Below, in pieces: positions 28,830-40,700 of a stretch of DNA of 64,000 bases (the stretch's first letter is position 1; every line of letters starts with the position of its first letter). The position numbers and the translations under genes were made by a program. This DNA comes from Strigamia acuminata (Eukaryota). The notes below the pieces were generated by a model. That model made no database searches. It saw only the letters and a program-made list of their open reading frames with translations, and had not been told where the DNA came from. The stretch covers positions 11,780,001-11,844,000 of the forward strand of contig OX442314.1 in assembly GCA_949358305.1 (NCBI GenBank), written 5' to 3'.

Positions 28830-30661
28830 ATGCGTCCTGTGGCGCTAACAGTGGTAGAAACACGAACTGTCAAAGCAATACGATACGGCGCTGTAAAACT
28901 ATCTGCAAAACAACTGATTGAAGTAATGAGCGCCAAATTGTGCACACTGTTTAATCAAATTCGGTGTAACAAGTTTCTTACGTGCAAAAGTTGGCACGAT
29001 GGGATTCAACGGCGGATCCAGACACGTCATCCGTCTACGTTGAAGTTGGACACGCCGGAATGCCGAGCGATATTCACGAGCGAAATAAAAAAGTTGTTTA
29101 ACGTTTTTCAAAAACACAATCACGAATTAAGGATCGTCGGAGGTTCAATTCGCGACTTATTGCTGCGTAGAAAAATTGGAGATGTTGATCTAGCATCGAG
29201 TGCTACTCCCGAACAAATGCGAACGATGTTTGAAGTGGAAAACATTCGCACGTTCAACAGCAGAGGAGAAAAACACGCCACTGTCACCGTCCGAATTGAC
29301 GATAAAGATAATTTCGCGGTACACTGAAATAATAAAAATAACACATTAATGTCTAAAATAACTTTTTTTTTTTTTTTTATAGATTACGAGCTTAAGAAAA
29401 ATTATTGTAACGTCGGATTCAGAAAGTGAGCAAACTAAACTTGAATTCACTAAAGATTGGTATTTAGATGCATCTTGCCGAGATTTAACAGCAAATGCTA
29501 TGTTTATGGGTAAATTTATTCAATTTTTATTTGTTTAAATAAAAAGAGAAGATGTTTTTTTTTAAGGTTTCGATGGAACCGTGTTCGATTACTTCAATGG
29601 AATTGAAGATTTGGAAAATAGAAGAGTGAGATTTGTCGGCAATGCTGCGGACAGAATACGAGAAGATTATTTCAGAATTTTGAGATATTTTAGGCAAGAT
29701 TTTATTAATTGATAAAAATGTGATTTAAAATTACATTTTTCCATTTTAATTTTAGGTTTTATGGTCTAATCGCCAGGGATCCGAACAGCCATGATTCCGA
29801 TACTTTGAAAATAATTAAAGAAAACATAAGCGGGCTGAGCGGAGTTCCAAAATCGCGTATTTGGACCGAACTGAAAAAAATTCTATCTGGGAAATTCGGA
29901 CCGGAAATATTAGAACAAATGCTGGAAGTTGGGATAGCGCCGTACATAGGTATACAAAATAGTGAACAAAATTGAATATTTGCTAATTTTTTGTTGTTTA
30001 AATTGCAGGATTACCGGAAAATTTGAATTTTAATGAGTTTGAAAAGTTCCGCAAACAAGTTGCCGATTGTCCGATACACCCCGTCACCACACTAGCATCG
30101 CTTCTCAAAAACGAGGCGGACATGTTGGGATTTACTAAATACATGTTGATATCGCATTTTGAAGAAGACCTAGGAAATTTTATCGTAACTGAGCGAGAAA
30201 AGATGCCGCTCGATCCCTTGAAATACTATCAAGAAATGATGATTTTAACGTTAGGAATCCACAAGGAATTGAGGCAGTCGATCGAGCAGTTGTTAATTTA
30301 TCGCGGAGATGTAATGTTATTAAAGGAATTTCAAAATTGGGAGGTAAACTTGTATTTTGGATGTTTTAAATGCATTTTTTATTTAATTTTTTTTTTTACA
30401 TTTTTTATCGATTTTCAGATGCCCACGTTTCCAGTGACGGGTTTACAGCTCGTAGAACGAGGACTTTTGTCCACGGGGAGACGACTGGGCTTCGTAAAGC
30501 GGGCTTTGAAGAAACGCTGGTTTGACAGTTCGTTCACCCTCACGGCGGAAGATTTGTTGGATAGTTTTAAGGAAGTTTCGGCAGAAATCAATGAACATTT
30601 CGAAACACTTTGTAAATCGGAAAAGACGAGAAAGAAAAGAAAAAAGAATTTTGGTTTATGA
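28830..30661 (+). CDS. tRNA nucleotidyltransferase paralog, copy 3 (most divergent active site)
   Basis: Exons 28830 (or ATG 28926)-29318, 29383-29509, 29567-29693, 29756-29949, 30009-30343, 30419-30661, in frame. [34 protein letters not shown]. Confidence 0.9.
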
Positions 30662-31191
30662 TCGGTTTTGTTTTTTGTTATTATTTGTATAAAGATTTCG
30701 AATAAAATAAAATAAAACCACAAAATAAATGTCTTACCTCGCGTTTTTCAGTTTAAAAAAAGCCACTAAACGATTTTGTACGTTCCGTCTTAAGTTCTGC
30801 GCCTCACAGATGTCTCGTGTTATCTCTGAAAAAAAAAAACACAAATTATTCGGTTTTTTAATAATTTTCCACAGAATTTAAGCAGAAATTTAAATTTACC
30901 AAAATAACATGACATAATCATTCAAATTTATTAACCCAAATAGAAGAACTAATTTATTTATTAAACATTACTCATTGAATGATAAAATGTAGAAAGAAAT
31001 CCTATAATTAATATTCACATTTTGTTGATAAAAAACTAAAGATTCAATAAATTATAGATACAATTGAAAATCTCTTTCTTTTCCATTCGCAGTAAAAGAT
31101 CAAGATTACTCAATATAAATACATAAATAACACATTATATCGTTGTAATGTTTTTTTAAATTTGTTTTTAAATGCAAAACGAGTAAATTTC

Positions 31192-32203
31192 CTAATAAAA
31201 TTGTGATTTTAACTTTAATTCCGCTTGTTTAATCTCCAACTGCAGCTGCAGTTCGCGTATTTTCAGCTCCATCATTTCCTTCTCGTGCTTCCTTTGAATA
31301 TTTTCTTGATCTCTATTCCATTGCCATTTTTCCCTTTCAAAATCAAGCTGTGCCAATTTTACTTTCACCATAGCGTTTTGTTCATTGTTTTTGTCTTCCT
31401 GTCTAGCCGAATATATTTTCAGTATTGTGTCAGAAAAATTATTCTTTTTCCCACTCGTCGAAGCACCCGATGCTGAAAATGTTTTCATCGCCTTGACCGT
31501 CGTCGGTTTGCCGTTAACCGGCGACTGCGACTGCGACAGCGGAAGTTCAATTTCATCCGCATCTCTGCAGAATTTTTTCCTCGCACTGCCAAGTTCACTT
31601 ATTTCGAGATCGTCGGCATTTTCGTTGCTTTCGTTGAAACTTTCTTGAGATAAATTGTTGTCATTGTCGAGATCATCTTCGCTCTTGATTATTTTCCCAT
31701 CGATGTCGTTATAGATGGGACTATTCTGCTGAATCCGGTCGTATTCTTGATCGAGGATCCAAAACCACGGACACAGCTTGGTAATTGCACCTAGAAATAA
31801 CGTTTTAATTTAATATACATTCAATTCTTATGTATATATTCGAGCAATGCCTTGAAATGATTGCACTCCTTCGGTTTCCAGCAGATCTTGTCCACTTTCT
31901 TGGGCCCACTGTTTCGTTTTTTTGTATTTATTCTTCAGAAATGTCTCTTTTGAACTTCTCGAGTTGTTACTTCTGTTGAAAATCCCATTTTCTTCGAACA
32001 TTCGCTGCAGCCAATCCTTTTTTTTCTCTTCCTGTTAGAATAAATCGTTTTGGGTTACTCGGGGACACGGATTTTAATTCTCTTTTTCGCATTTTTTCAT
32101 TTGTTACCTTTTCCCGGTAGGGATGTTCCACCATCCATGAAGCCAACCGAATATTTTCCTCTGTTTCCGATTTAGAATTTCTTGACAATCTCGCTTCATT
32201 CAT
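31192..32203 (-). CDS. Myb/SANT-like protein with C-terminal coiled coil (resembles Harbinger-associated DNA-binding proteins)
   Basis: Exons 32203-32108, 32031-31851 and 31790-31192 (second intron GC-AG) form one frame: LASWMVEH...FLKNKYKKTKQWAQESGQDL...AITKLCPWFWILD, an acidic linker, then KLAQLDFEREKWQW...ELKIRELQLQLE. Confidence 0.7.
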
Positions 32204-32790
32204 GTTTGGGGTTGTAAAATTAAAAAAAAAAAACTAAACTTTTATTTCCGAGCAATAAATAGCCCTTGTTTTGTTGCCACCTCTAACCTTCCTCTCGGTA
32301 TTGCTAAGATGAGAACAACAACAACAACAACTTGTGGGTGTTTTTGTTTCCGAGTGAAAATAAACGAGAATATCGTATGAAACTCGGAAAATTGTACATT
32401 TTCGAATGTAAATAATCGTGCTTGTTATTTATCACATTAAAACAAAAACGAGTTACGTTCTAACGCTAAACTTCTCGTTTTATCCGAGGAAACTACCAAC
32501 GAGTGCGGAATTATGGGACATTTCCTGGCGGTGGACGTGGACCTGGTCGCAGCAGACGACGATTCATTTTTCACGATTTTTCATCGTAAAAATAAATTAA
32601 CGAACCAATTTTTAAATTTTTAAATCTTTAAATCTGTAGCGGACGGTCAAATAAAATTACAAATACACTATTTAATTAAATTGTTTACATTTTTCTGCTT
32701 GTCTTGTTGCGCACTGTAGCCAGCAGGAGCGCTAATGTTGCAATGTTTTGAATTTTCGGATGCCAATATATCTTCATCCACAACGAAAAG

Positions 32791-34490
32791 ATGTCATTAC
32801 TCTTCTCAAAGGGTTTCTCGTTGCTGTATAAAATGAGAATACACATTCTCCATCCACGACTGGTCAATTCCTTTCGAGAATTTACTGCACACACGCTAAA
32901 ACCAGCGGTGACGATCAAGTTGGACTCACCAGAGTTCCATGCGTTATTTACACCCGAACTGAAAACACTTATTAACATTTTCGAAAAACACAATCACACA
33001 TTACGGATTGTCGGAGGAGCAGTTCGTGATGTGTTAATGCGAAGACAACCCGCCGATGTTGATTTCGCTTCGATCGCTACGCCGGATCAGGTGAAAATGA
33101 TGTTCAAACACGAAAAAATTCGCATTTACCCCAACGAAGTGGGCGAAAGTCACGGAAACATAACCGTCCGAATTAATGATAAACAAGACTTCCAAGTATG
33201 CATTTTCAAAAACAAATAATTTTAAAATTTACCAATAACTTTTTTTCTTTTTTTCAGATCACAACATTACGGATCGACGAAGCGACCAATGGGCGGTATG
33301 CCAAAGTGGAATTTACCACGGATTGGTATTTGGACGCTTGTAGAAGAGATTTCACAATTAATTCCATGTATTTAGGATTTGATGGAACCGTTTACGACTA
33401 TTTAAATGGCATCGAAGATGTGGAAAATAGAAAAGTAAAATTTATTGGCAAACCCGCCACACGGATAAGAGAAGATTACCTCAGAATTTTGAGATATTTT
33501 AGGTAATAATTTGTAAAATTATTTAAAATTATCGTAAACATCTTTCATTTGTTATTCTTTAAAAATAAGATTTTATGGTCTCGTAACTCAAGACGCAGCA
33601 AATCACGATTCTGAAACATTACGAGCGATTGAAGCGAATATCTGCGGACTTTCTGGTGAAAACGAGCGATTTTAAATGTTTTTAAAACCGATTCATTAAA
33701 TGTATTAATTAGAAATCCACGGGTCGAGACTGTGGATGGAACTGAAAAAAATTCTTTGCGGAAATTTCAAATTCGAGCTGATGAAAACGATTTTGCAAGT
33801 CGGAATGGCGCCTCACTTGGGTAAAAATCCACGCGAAGCAAATTAACGTTTTTACGAACCACTCATTTATCAAAAACTTTATAGGTTTACCTCTAGATAT
33901 AAATCTAAACCACTTCGATAAACTGCACGCACAAAACTCTCGTTTTTCATACGACGCCATCACGATAATAACATCACTTTTAAAAAATAAATCCGACTTG
34001 TCGGCATTCGACGATCGAGTTCGATTGCACAAGTGGGATAGAGAATTATCCACTTTTATAATCCAACATCGTGAAGCCGAACCTCAACAAGATCCCTTAC
34101 AACTATTCCGCGAACTAATGATCCTAACGTTGGAGAATAAATCCAGCATGAGACACAAAATTGAGCAGCTTTTAAGTTACCGTGGCGACGTAAATCTACT
34201 AAGGGATTTTCAAAATTGGAAGGTAAAAGTATAAAAATAAGGAATACAAACTTGGTATTATTTAATTTCCGTTTTAGATGCCGCGATTTCCGGTGCGCAA
34301 TCAGCAACTACGGGAGCTGGGACTCGATTACGGAAAGAAATTCGAGTCCGTAAAGAAAGCCATGCTGCAACGTTGGATGAGAAGTTCGTTCGCTTTAACG
34401 GACCTAGATTTATTGATGAAATTTGACGAGATTGTTCGAGAAATCGACGAACAAAGAAAGAAACCGAAGAAAATCGCAGAAACAAATTGA
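32791..34490 (+). CDS. tRNA nucleotidyltransferase paralog, copy 4
   Basis: Exons 32791-33195, 33258-33502, 33570-33655, 33713-33820, 33885-34222, 34278-34490, in frame. [44 protein letters not shown]. Confidence 0.92.
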
Positions 34491-34785
34491 TAATTTTTCC
34501 TTAATATTTTTTTAATGTAAAAGATTTATTAGAACCAACTTGATTCTCCATCCATAAATGATTGTAATATATACTTTTAACAGTTCATTTACAACATGAC
34601 TAATTGTAATTACGTGCAATATGCACGCACTAAGTACACAATTGTATCGCGAGTCCAGTCAGAACGCGCCAATTTGACAAAAAAAAATATTGAAACTTCT
34701 GTTTTTTTTTTGTTTTTTTTTTACAATGGGAACGACAACTTGCTGCAGATTGCGGCGATTTGTTTTTGTTGTGTTTTTTTCAAAT

Positions 34786-37700
34786 TTAATTAATTTCACT
34801 TCGCAGCCAGGATCCCGGGACCCACTGAGGTTCTCTCTCGAGGATATTAATTTCTTGTAAAAGTTGGTTATACGCTCGTTCCAAGTCTGCATTTATAATA
34901 ACCATATCAAAGTAATGACCGTAACTATCTTCCATTTCTCGAGCTTTTTCAATAATATCTTTGAGCTCTTCGTCCTACACGAAAACAGAAACGATTAAAA
35001 CGTTATTTCACCAAATCTATCGGCACAAATTACCTTAACGTTGGTATTTAACTTTGCCCTGTTTTGTCTCAATTTTTCCAGGGAAGGCGGCGCCACGAAA
35101 ACAACAAACGGCTTCAAATCCGACGCTTTAAGAATCTTAAGCGACTAAAATAAAAAAAAATAAAATTTAATTCCAAATTTTGATAGTATAATCCAACAAA
35201 TCTAACCTGTGGATGCAAATTAAGTACGCAAATCTTCCCCGAATTCACCACAGTCCTGATGGCGTCCAAACTCGTCCCGTAATAATTTTTTTCGTATTCG
35301 CCGTGCTCTACGAACTTCCTGGACAGTATATCGGCCTCGAACTGCTGCCGCGTAATAAAATAATAATCTTGTCCGTCGATTTCTCCATCCTTTTTCGGCC
35401 GACTCGTGTCTGCATAAAATATTAACCGTTATTTCTTGGCCAATTTTCGCGCGCTAAAACCTTATTACGAGGAACAGCTGCGGCGAACCGGTCCACGTCC
35501 TCCATTAACTTCTGGCGCAATTCGTGCCGTCCGATATTCGGCGGTCCAATCAACACGATTGGTCGTTTCCTATTCGCTCGTGGATAATACAAAGCGACTT
35601 CTTCGTACGTCAATATTTCATCGCTGTCTAAATCTAGAAATAAAAATTAATAAATATTTTATATTTATTTTATTTATTTATTTATTTATTCATTCATTTA
35701 CCTTCGCTATTCGACGCGCTGTACAACATTTTCTTTTTCTTCTTTTTCGGCGTCCTTTTCGCACATAAGAACTTTCCAGCTTTTTTCGACTTTTCCTTAT
35801 TATTGCTTTCCGCAACGAGCGTTTGCTTCATCGCTTCGCGCCTACACAACGAAATGCGTTTCAAAATCGTGGAATTTTTTTAAATTATTTTTCAATTTAC
35901 TGTTGTTGAAAATTTTTGCTGGGAATAAGGCCCGCTAACGTTTGATCTTCCTCGCCCTCCCTGAACGCCTGCCACCAATTCGGATCCTCCTGGTTAATCA
36001 CGTGCAAAATATCTCCCTTTTGAAACGAAATGCCTAATTCACGGCACGGAATATACAAATCATCTTCAGGATCGTAATCAAAATGAGCTTTGACGTGCAT
36101 CTAACCCAAAAAAAGACAAAATTAAAATCAAATAAATCCAAAACAAACCAAAAACAATCAAAACTCACAACAATATCTCTGGTGGATTGTTTAAACCGTT
36201 CATCTTGAGTGGGTATAATTAAAAATGTCAACGTCCCCATCATATTTGCCTAAAAAAATAAAACAAATTAAAACCAAAGAAAAAATAAAAATAAAAATAA
36301 ATTAACAACAACTTCGTACCAACATATCACAGACGTCATTAACGGACTTTCCTCTCATTTCGATTCCATTAACCTCCAACACTTCGTCGCCTTCGTGCAG
36401 CAAACCACTTTTCTCAGCCGCACCGCCACGAACGATCCGTCCAATCACAACCGACTCTCCTTCATTCCTCACCGTGGCGCCCTACGAACCAAATAAAAAA
36501 TAATTCCACCCGAACAAACATTCTCACACATACCAGCGGTTCGTTCGTTTTGTCTATCCTAATAATCTTGATGCTGTCTTCCGTATACTGAGACACACGA
36601 TCGAGCAATTCCTCATCCGTCGACATCGTCGTGACCAATTCGGTTTCTGCGATCTTATCGTGCGCATAAATTAATCCTTCAATTTCAAATTTGTTGAGCA
36701 ATTCGACTAAATCAGTTGCTTCAGGCAGTGAACATTCATGGAAGCAGTTCAAAACCTTCACAAAATAAACAAAAAATTAATAAAAATTAAAAAAAAATTA
36801 AAAAAATAAATGATTACATCTTGAACCAAGTCCTGAGCATCGGCACAAACGGGAACAGGCGGCACTTTCAAGCACCAAACTTCTTGCACTTTATTATGCA
36901 CCGCGAGCGCCTTTTGGAACTCAGGATTGTTCAAGAGAGACGAAACGTCGTTGAGATCTTCCTCCAAACGTTGACTGCTTTTCAAGTAACTTTCCAGATG
37001 ATGAACTGATGTCAACAGTTCTGATGGACCTAAATAAATAAAAAATAAACCAAAAAAAATTACATTTCTTGCACTTCGATCACCAAAATTCAGACATTAC
37101 CAGCCAATTTTCCTGTTGGTAGATAAACTTCACCCTCGATGACTTCAAACTCGTCTGGGTGCGTCGGTTTCTTATAAGCAAATTGTCCATCATAGCTGTC
37201 TTCGAGTTCAAAACCCGTATTATCGATGCCCGATGTGGGTGGTGTTGGTGGATCCTGCTCTAACGCTTGTAGTTTCTTCGAGCCTCGCAACGACGTGCGC
37301 AAAAACTCCTCTTCCCTCGCTAGTCTTTCCTCCTTTTCCTTTCTTTGCTTGAGGTCCTCCTGCAAAATTTACCAATTTTTTAACAATTTTTACCAATTTC
37401 TCCAAACTTTTAAACGAAAAATATTTTTTTTTTACATTACACAACACCTGACGGTCGAGTCAAGAGTGTACGTTTACCAAAGTGACTATTCAAATGCGAA
37501 AAACGAGACCCTTTCGAGTTATCCAGTCACCCATCTAAATAGAAATGCACCTGACAGAAACAGGTACACAAAGCGAAGGCCATGGGACAGGTCCATTCAA
37601 CTTCCACCACTCGCGACTCCCTATTCACTCACGGGGGAGACGTATACACATTCAAAACTCGAATACCTGGCGCCAGGAACGACTAAGTGACAAAAAGTCA

Positions 37701-40700
37701 CATCATTAAACCAAAAAAAAAAATATTTCTTTTTCTTTTTCAAATTTATAATTTTTCTCGCTTTCAGTTTCACGAAAAATTAAAAGTTAACTTCCACGAG
37801 TTCATTACCACCTTTATATTTCACATATCCGGTCGATTTTCACTCGACCAAAGCCAGATAAAAAGCAATAAACGAGATAAAGAAGCAATAAATCGACTAT
37901 AATCGCGTTACAAAACACTAAAATCAACAAAACCAAACCAAAAATCCACGATAAACTAAATAATATTTCCAACACAACCAACAAAACTCCACTTTCAAAC
38001 CGGTTTCCACACACCCACACCCGTTCCAAAACCCATTTTACACCAAAACTCGGAGGAGCACAACTCACCCTTCCTAGAATTCTCAACGCGCGCATGCTTC
38101 AATCACTAAACCAAACATTCTGTCATTTCCATCCAACCCACAACACACATCAATTTGATATTAAAATCAACAGCAACAAAAAAAATAAATAAAAACCGGC
38201 TGTTCCATCGACAAGAGGGAAGTATCACACTTTATTATAAAATCTAAACGCAACAAATTCGATAATCATTAATTATTACCTGATACTTGCGTATCCTCTC
38301 CATTTGGTCTTCGTAAGCCTGCTGTTTTTGCATTTCTTCATCCACACTGACCGTAACAGGTGTTTTTGTTGTTGGAGGCACAAGTTCGATTTTCGTGGGT
38401 GTGACCGGAGGTGGGACAGGTTTGGGGCCAGCGACGGGTTTGTTCCAACTCGCTCGATCTCGGTCGCGCGTCGGAGGTTGAGGAATAGGCACATTAATCC
38501 CTTTATTCTCCGGCCAACTCTCCTTGGCACTTTTCGTCGTCGTTTTATCCTTAATCTGCGTCGTTGGTTTTGGCAGTGTCCCATTACCATGATGATGCAC
38601 CACTGAAACAGGAACCGGCACCGGCTGGTGCGTTTTACGTTCACGTTCGCTCGAACCTCGCGATTTGAGCGGCGGGTAACGGGGCGGCGTTTTCGACGTC
38701 GCCACGAAGGATTCGGGCACGTCGACGGCCATTTCGCGATGCAGGGGGCTCTGCGGTCCGTTTTCGTGGTGCGTGGCCTTCATTTGGGCGTCGTCGTTCG
38801 TCCGCTCGCTTTTCATCACTCTTTTGTAGTCCCTGTCACTTTGGGGTTTAATTAATTCGAGTTTGTCGGCGGTTTCGTGGATTTGTTGAGTGAGTTCTAT
38901 CTCCTCATCACCACGTGAGTCGATTCGTTTCAGTTTTCCTGTAGGTAGTGTAACTGAGATGGGTTCATTTTCGTTGCGATCACCACTGGGTTTGGAACTG
39001 ACTCTGGTTTCACCCTTGTTATCGGAGCTGGAAAGACTTAACTCTGGCACTGACGTGACGTAGATGGAATTGGATTCAATGATCCCATTAATCTCCTGTT
39101 GCGTTGTCTGGTTCGTATCTTGGCTCAACTGTGAAGAGATGTAAAAGAGAGATCTTTTAATATGATTTTTTTTTGTTGTTGTTGTGGTTTTTTTTTGTAC
39201 CTGTTGTGATAGTTTAGTCATATCAACTGGTTTGATTTTCTTGAGCGCGGATAGTTTTTCCAATCGGTCTCGTGCTTGTTGTTCAACGGCAATGACAAAT
39301 GCATCCTGCACGTTGCTGTTTTGAGCTAAATCCAGAGCTAAAAAGATTTTTTTATATCAGTAAATATCGATAATTTTATGATTAAATGACGAAGTATTAG
39401 ATAATGAAGCTAAAACAAATAATGATCGTATATTATCTGTCCAGTATCGTCAATATCTACGTTTTAAGTTGCGTTTTTACGCATAAAAACGCAATTTTGA
39501 GTCCGTAAATTATTATTTTGTAGTCTAAAAACGCAATTTCGAGTCTGAGAATTAATTTTTTGGGTCTATAAACCCAATTTCGAGTCTTAAAAGCGCGTTT
39601 TTACGCCTAGAAAAGCATTTTTGAGCCTTTTTTTTATCAAGAAAAGTACAATTTTACATTTAAAATGTGTATTTTTGTGTCACCAAAAAATGAATGAATT
39701 TACTGACAAATTCTATCAAAAAACAATAAATTATCATTAAGTTTACTCTCGAATTCGCACTTCAAAACTGAATTATAATAAAAGAATCCATTACGTAGAG
39801 AAACAATAAAATAAAGCGGTCGAGAAATGAAAAAGCAAAGTAGTGACTTAATTTGGGCATTCGCAGCAGGGAGTAGACAATAAACGCGTAGACAATAGCT
39901 CATCAGCACCGCCTCACGACAACGGACAAGCAATGAGCAATCAATTGGAAAATGAGATTACACCCATTTTCTCGCTATTTACAACCCTATTTATTGCACA
40001 CAAAGCTGAAAAGTTAAACCACCAACACAATCCATACCTGCGAGCTCCAAAAACTAGTCCTAATCAACCTGCAGCCAAGTAAACACAACAACAAAATCCA
40101 AACGATAAACCAACAAACTTGGTTGTTTTTCACTTGTCGCTGCACACCGCACGGTACCGCACCAAAATCAAAATGAAAACAAAGTCCAAGGGTCGAAAGT
40201 CTTCGCACCGGTGGCGCAAATGCACACAATGAGGTGAATTTCCCACGATTTTCACCAAGACTAATGTGACTTCGTGGAACCCATTTCTTCCAAGGGGTGT
40301 CCTTCAAGTTGACGTCAAACAACTTCACTTCGAATCTAAGCCAACCGTCTGTCTATAACTCTATATGCATCGCTGACCGCAATAATGGCGCTTCTTTGTT
40401 TTGATCGTGTTTTATCACAATTTATGACGTTATCTACGAGCGATTGTTGTAATCGATAAGTGGAGGGCCGTGCCTAACTATGAAGCAATCGGAAATTTAT
40501 TTATTTTTTTCATTTTGTACTGCCCCTTGGGTCCATTTTGGGGCATCAAATGCTCCGTTCGGGGGCCCTGGGTGAACGTTTATTAATCACAAAGCGAAAC
40601 GAATGAGGTCGTGTGATTTTGATTGTGAAAATGCATCAATTCCAACGTATCATTATGTTTTTAAATGTTTTTAAATGTGTAAATATGAGTTTGTAGCCTT

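Noticed and set aside
30738..30826. Minus-strand exon-like segment that could place TRNT copy 3 inside an antisense transcript
   Set aside because: Splice-like signals only; it cannot be linked to a transcript from sequence alone.
31967..32203. Apparent frameshift in the Myb-like gene
   Set aside because: A GT-AG intron at 32107-32032 restores the frame.
23030..34490. TRNT copies as assembly or haplotype duplicates
   Set aside because: The proteins are far too divergent and differ in intron content.
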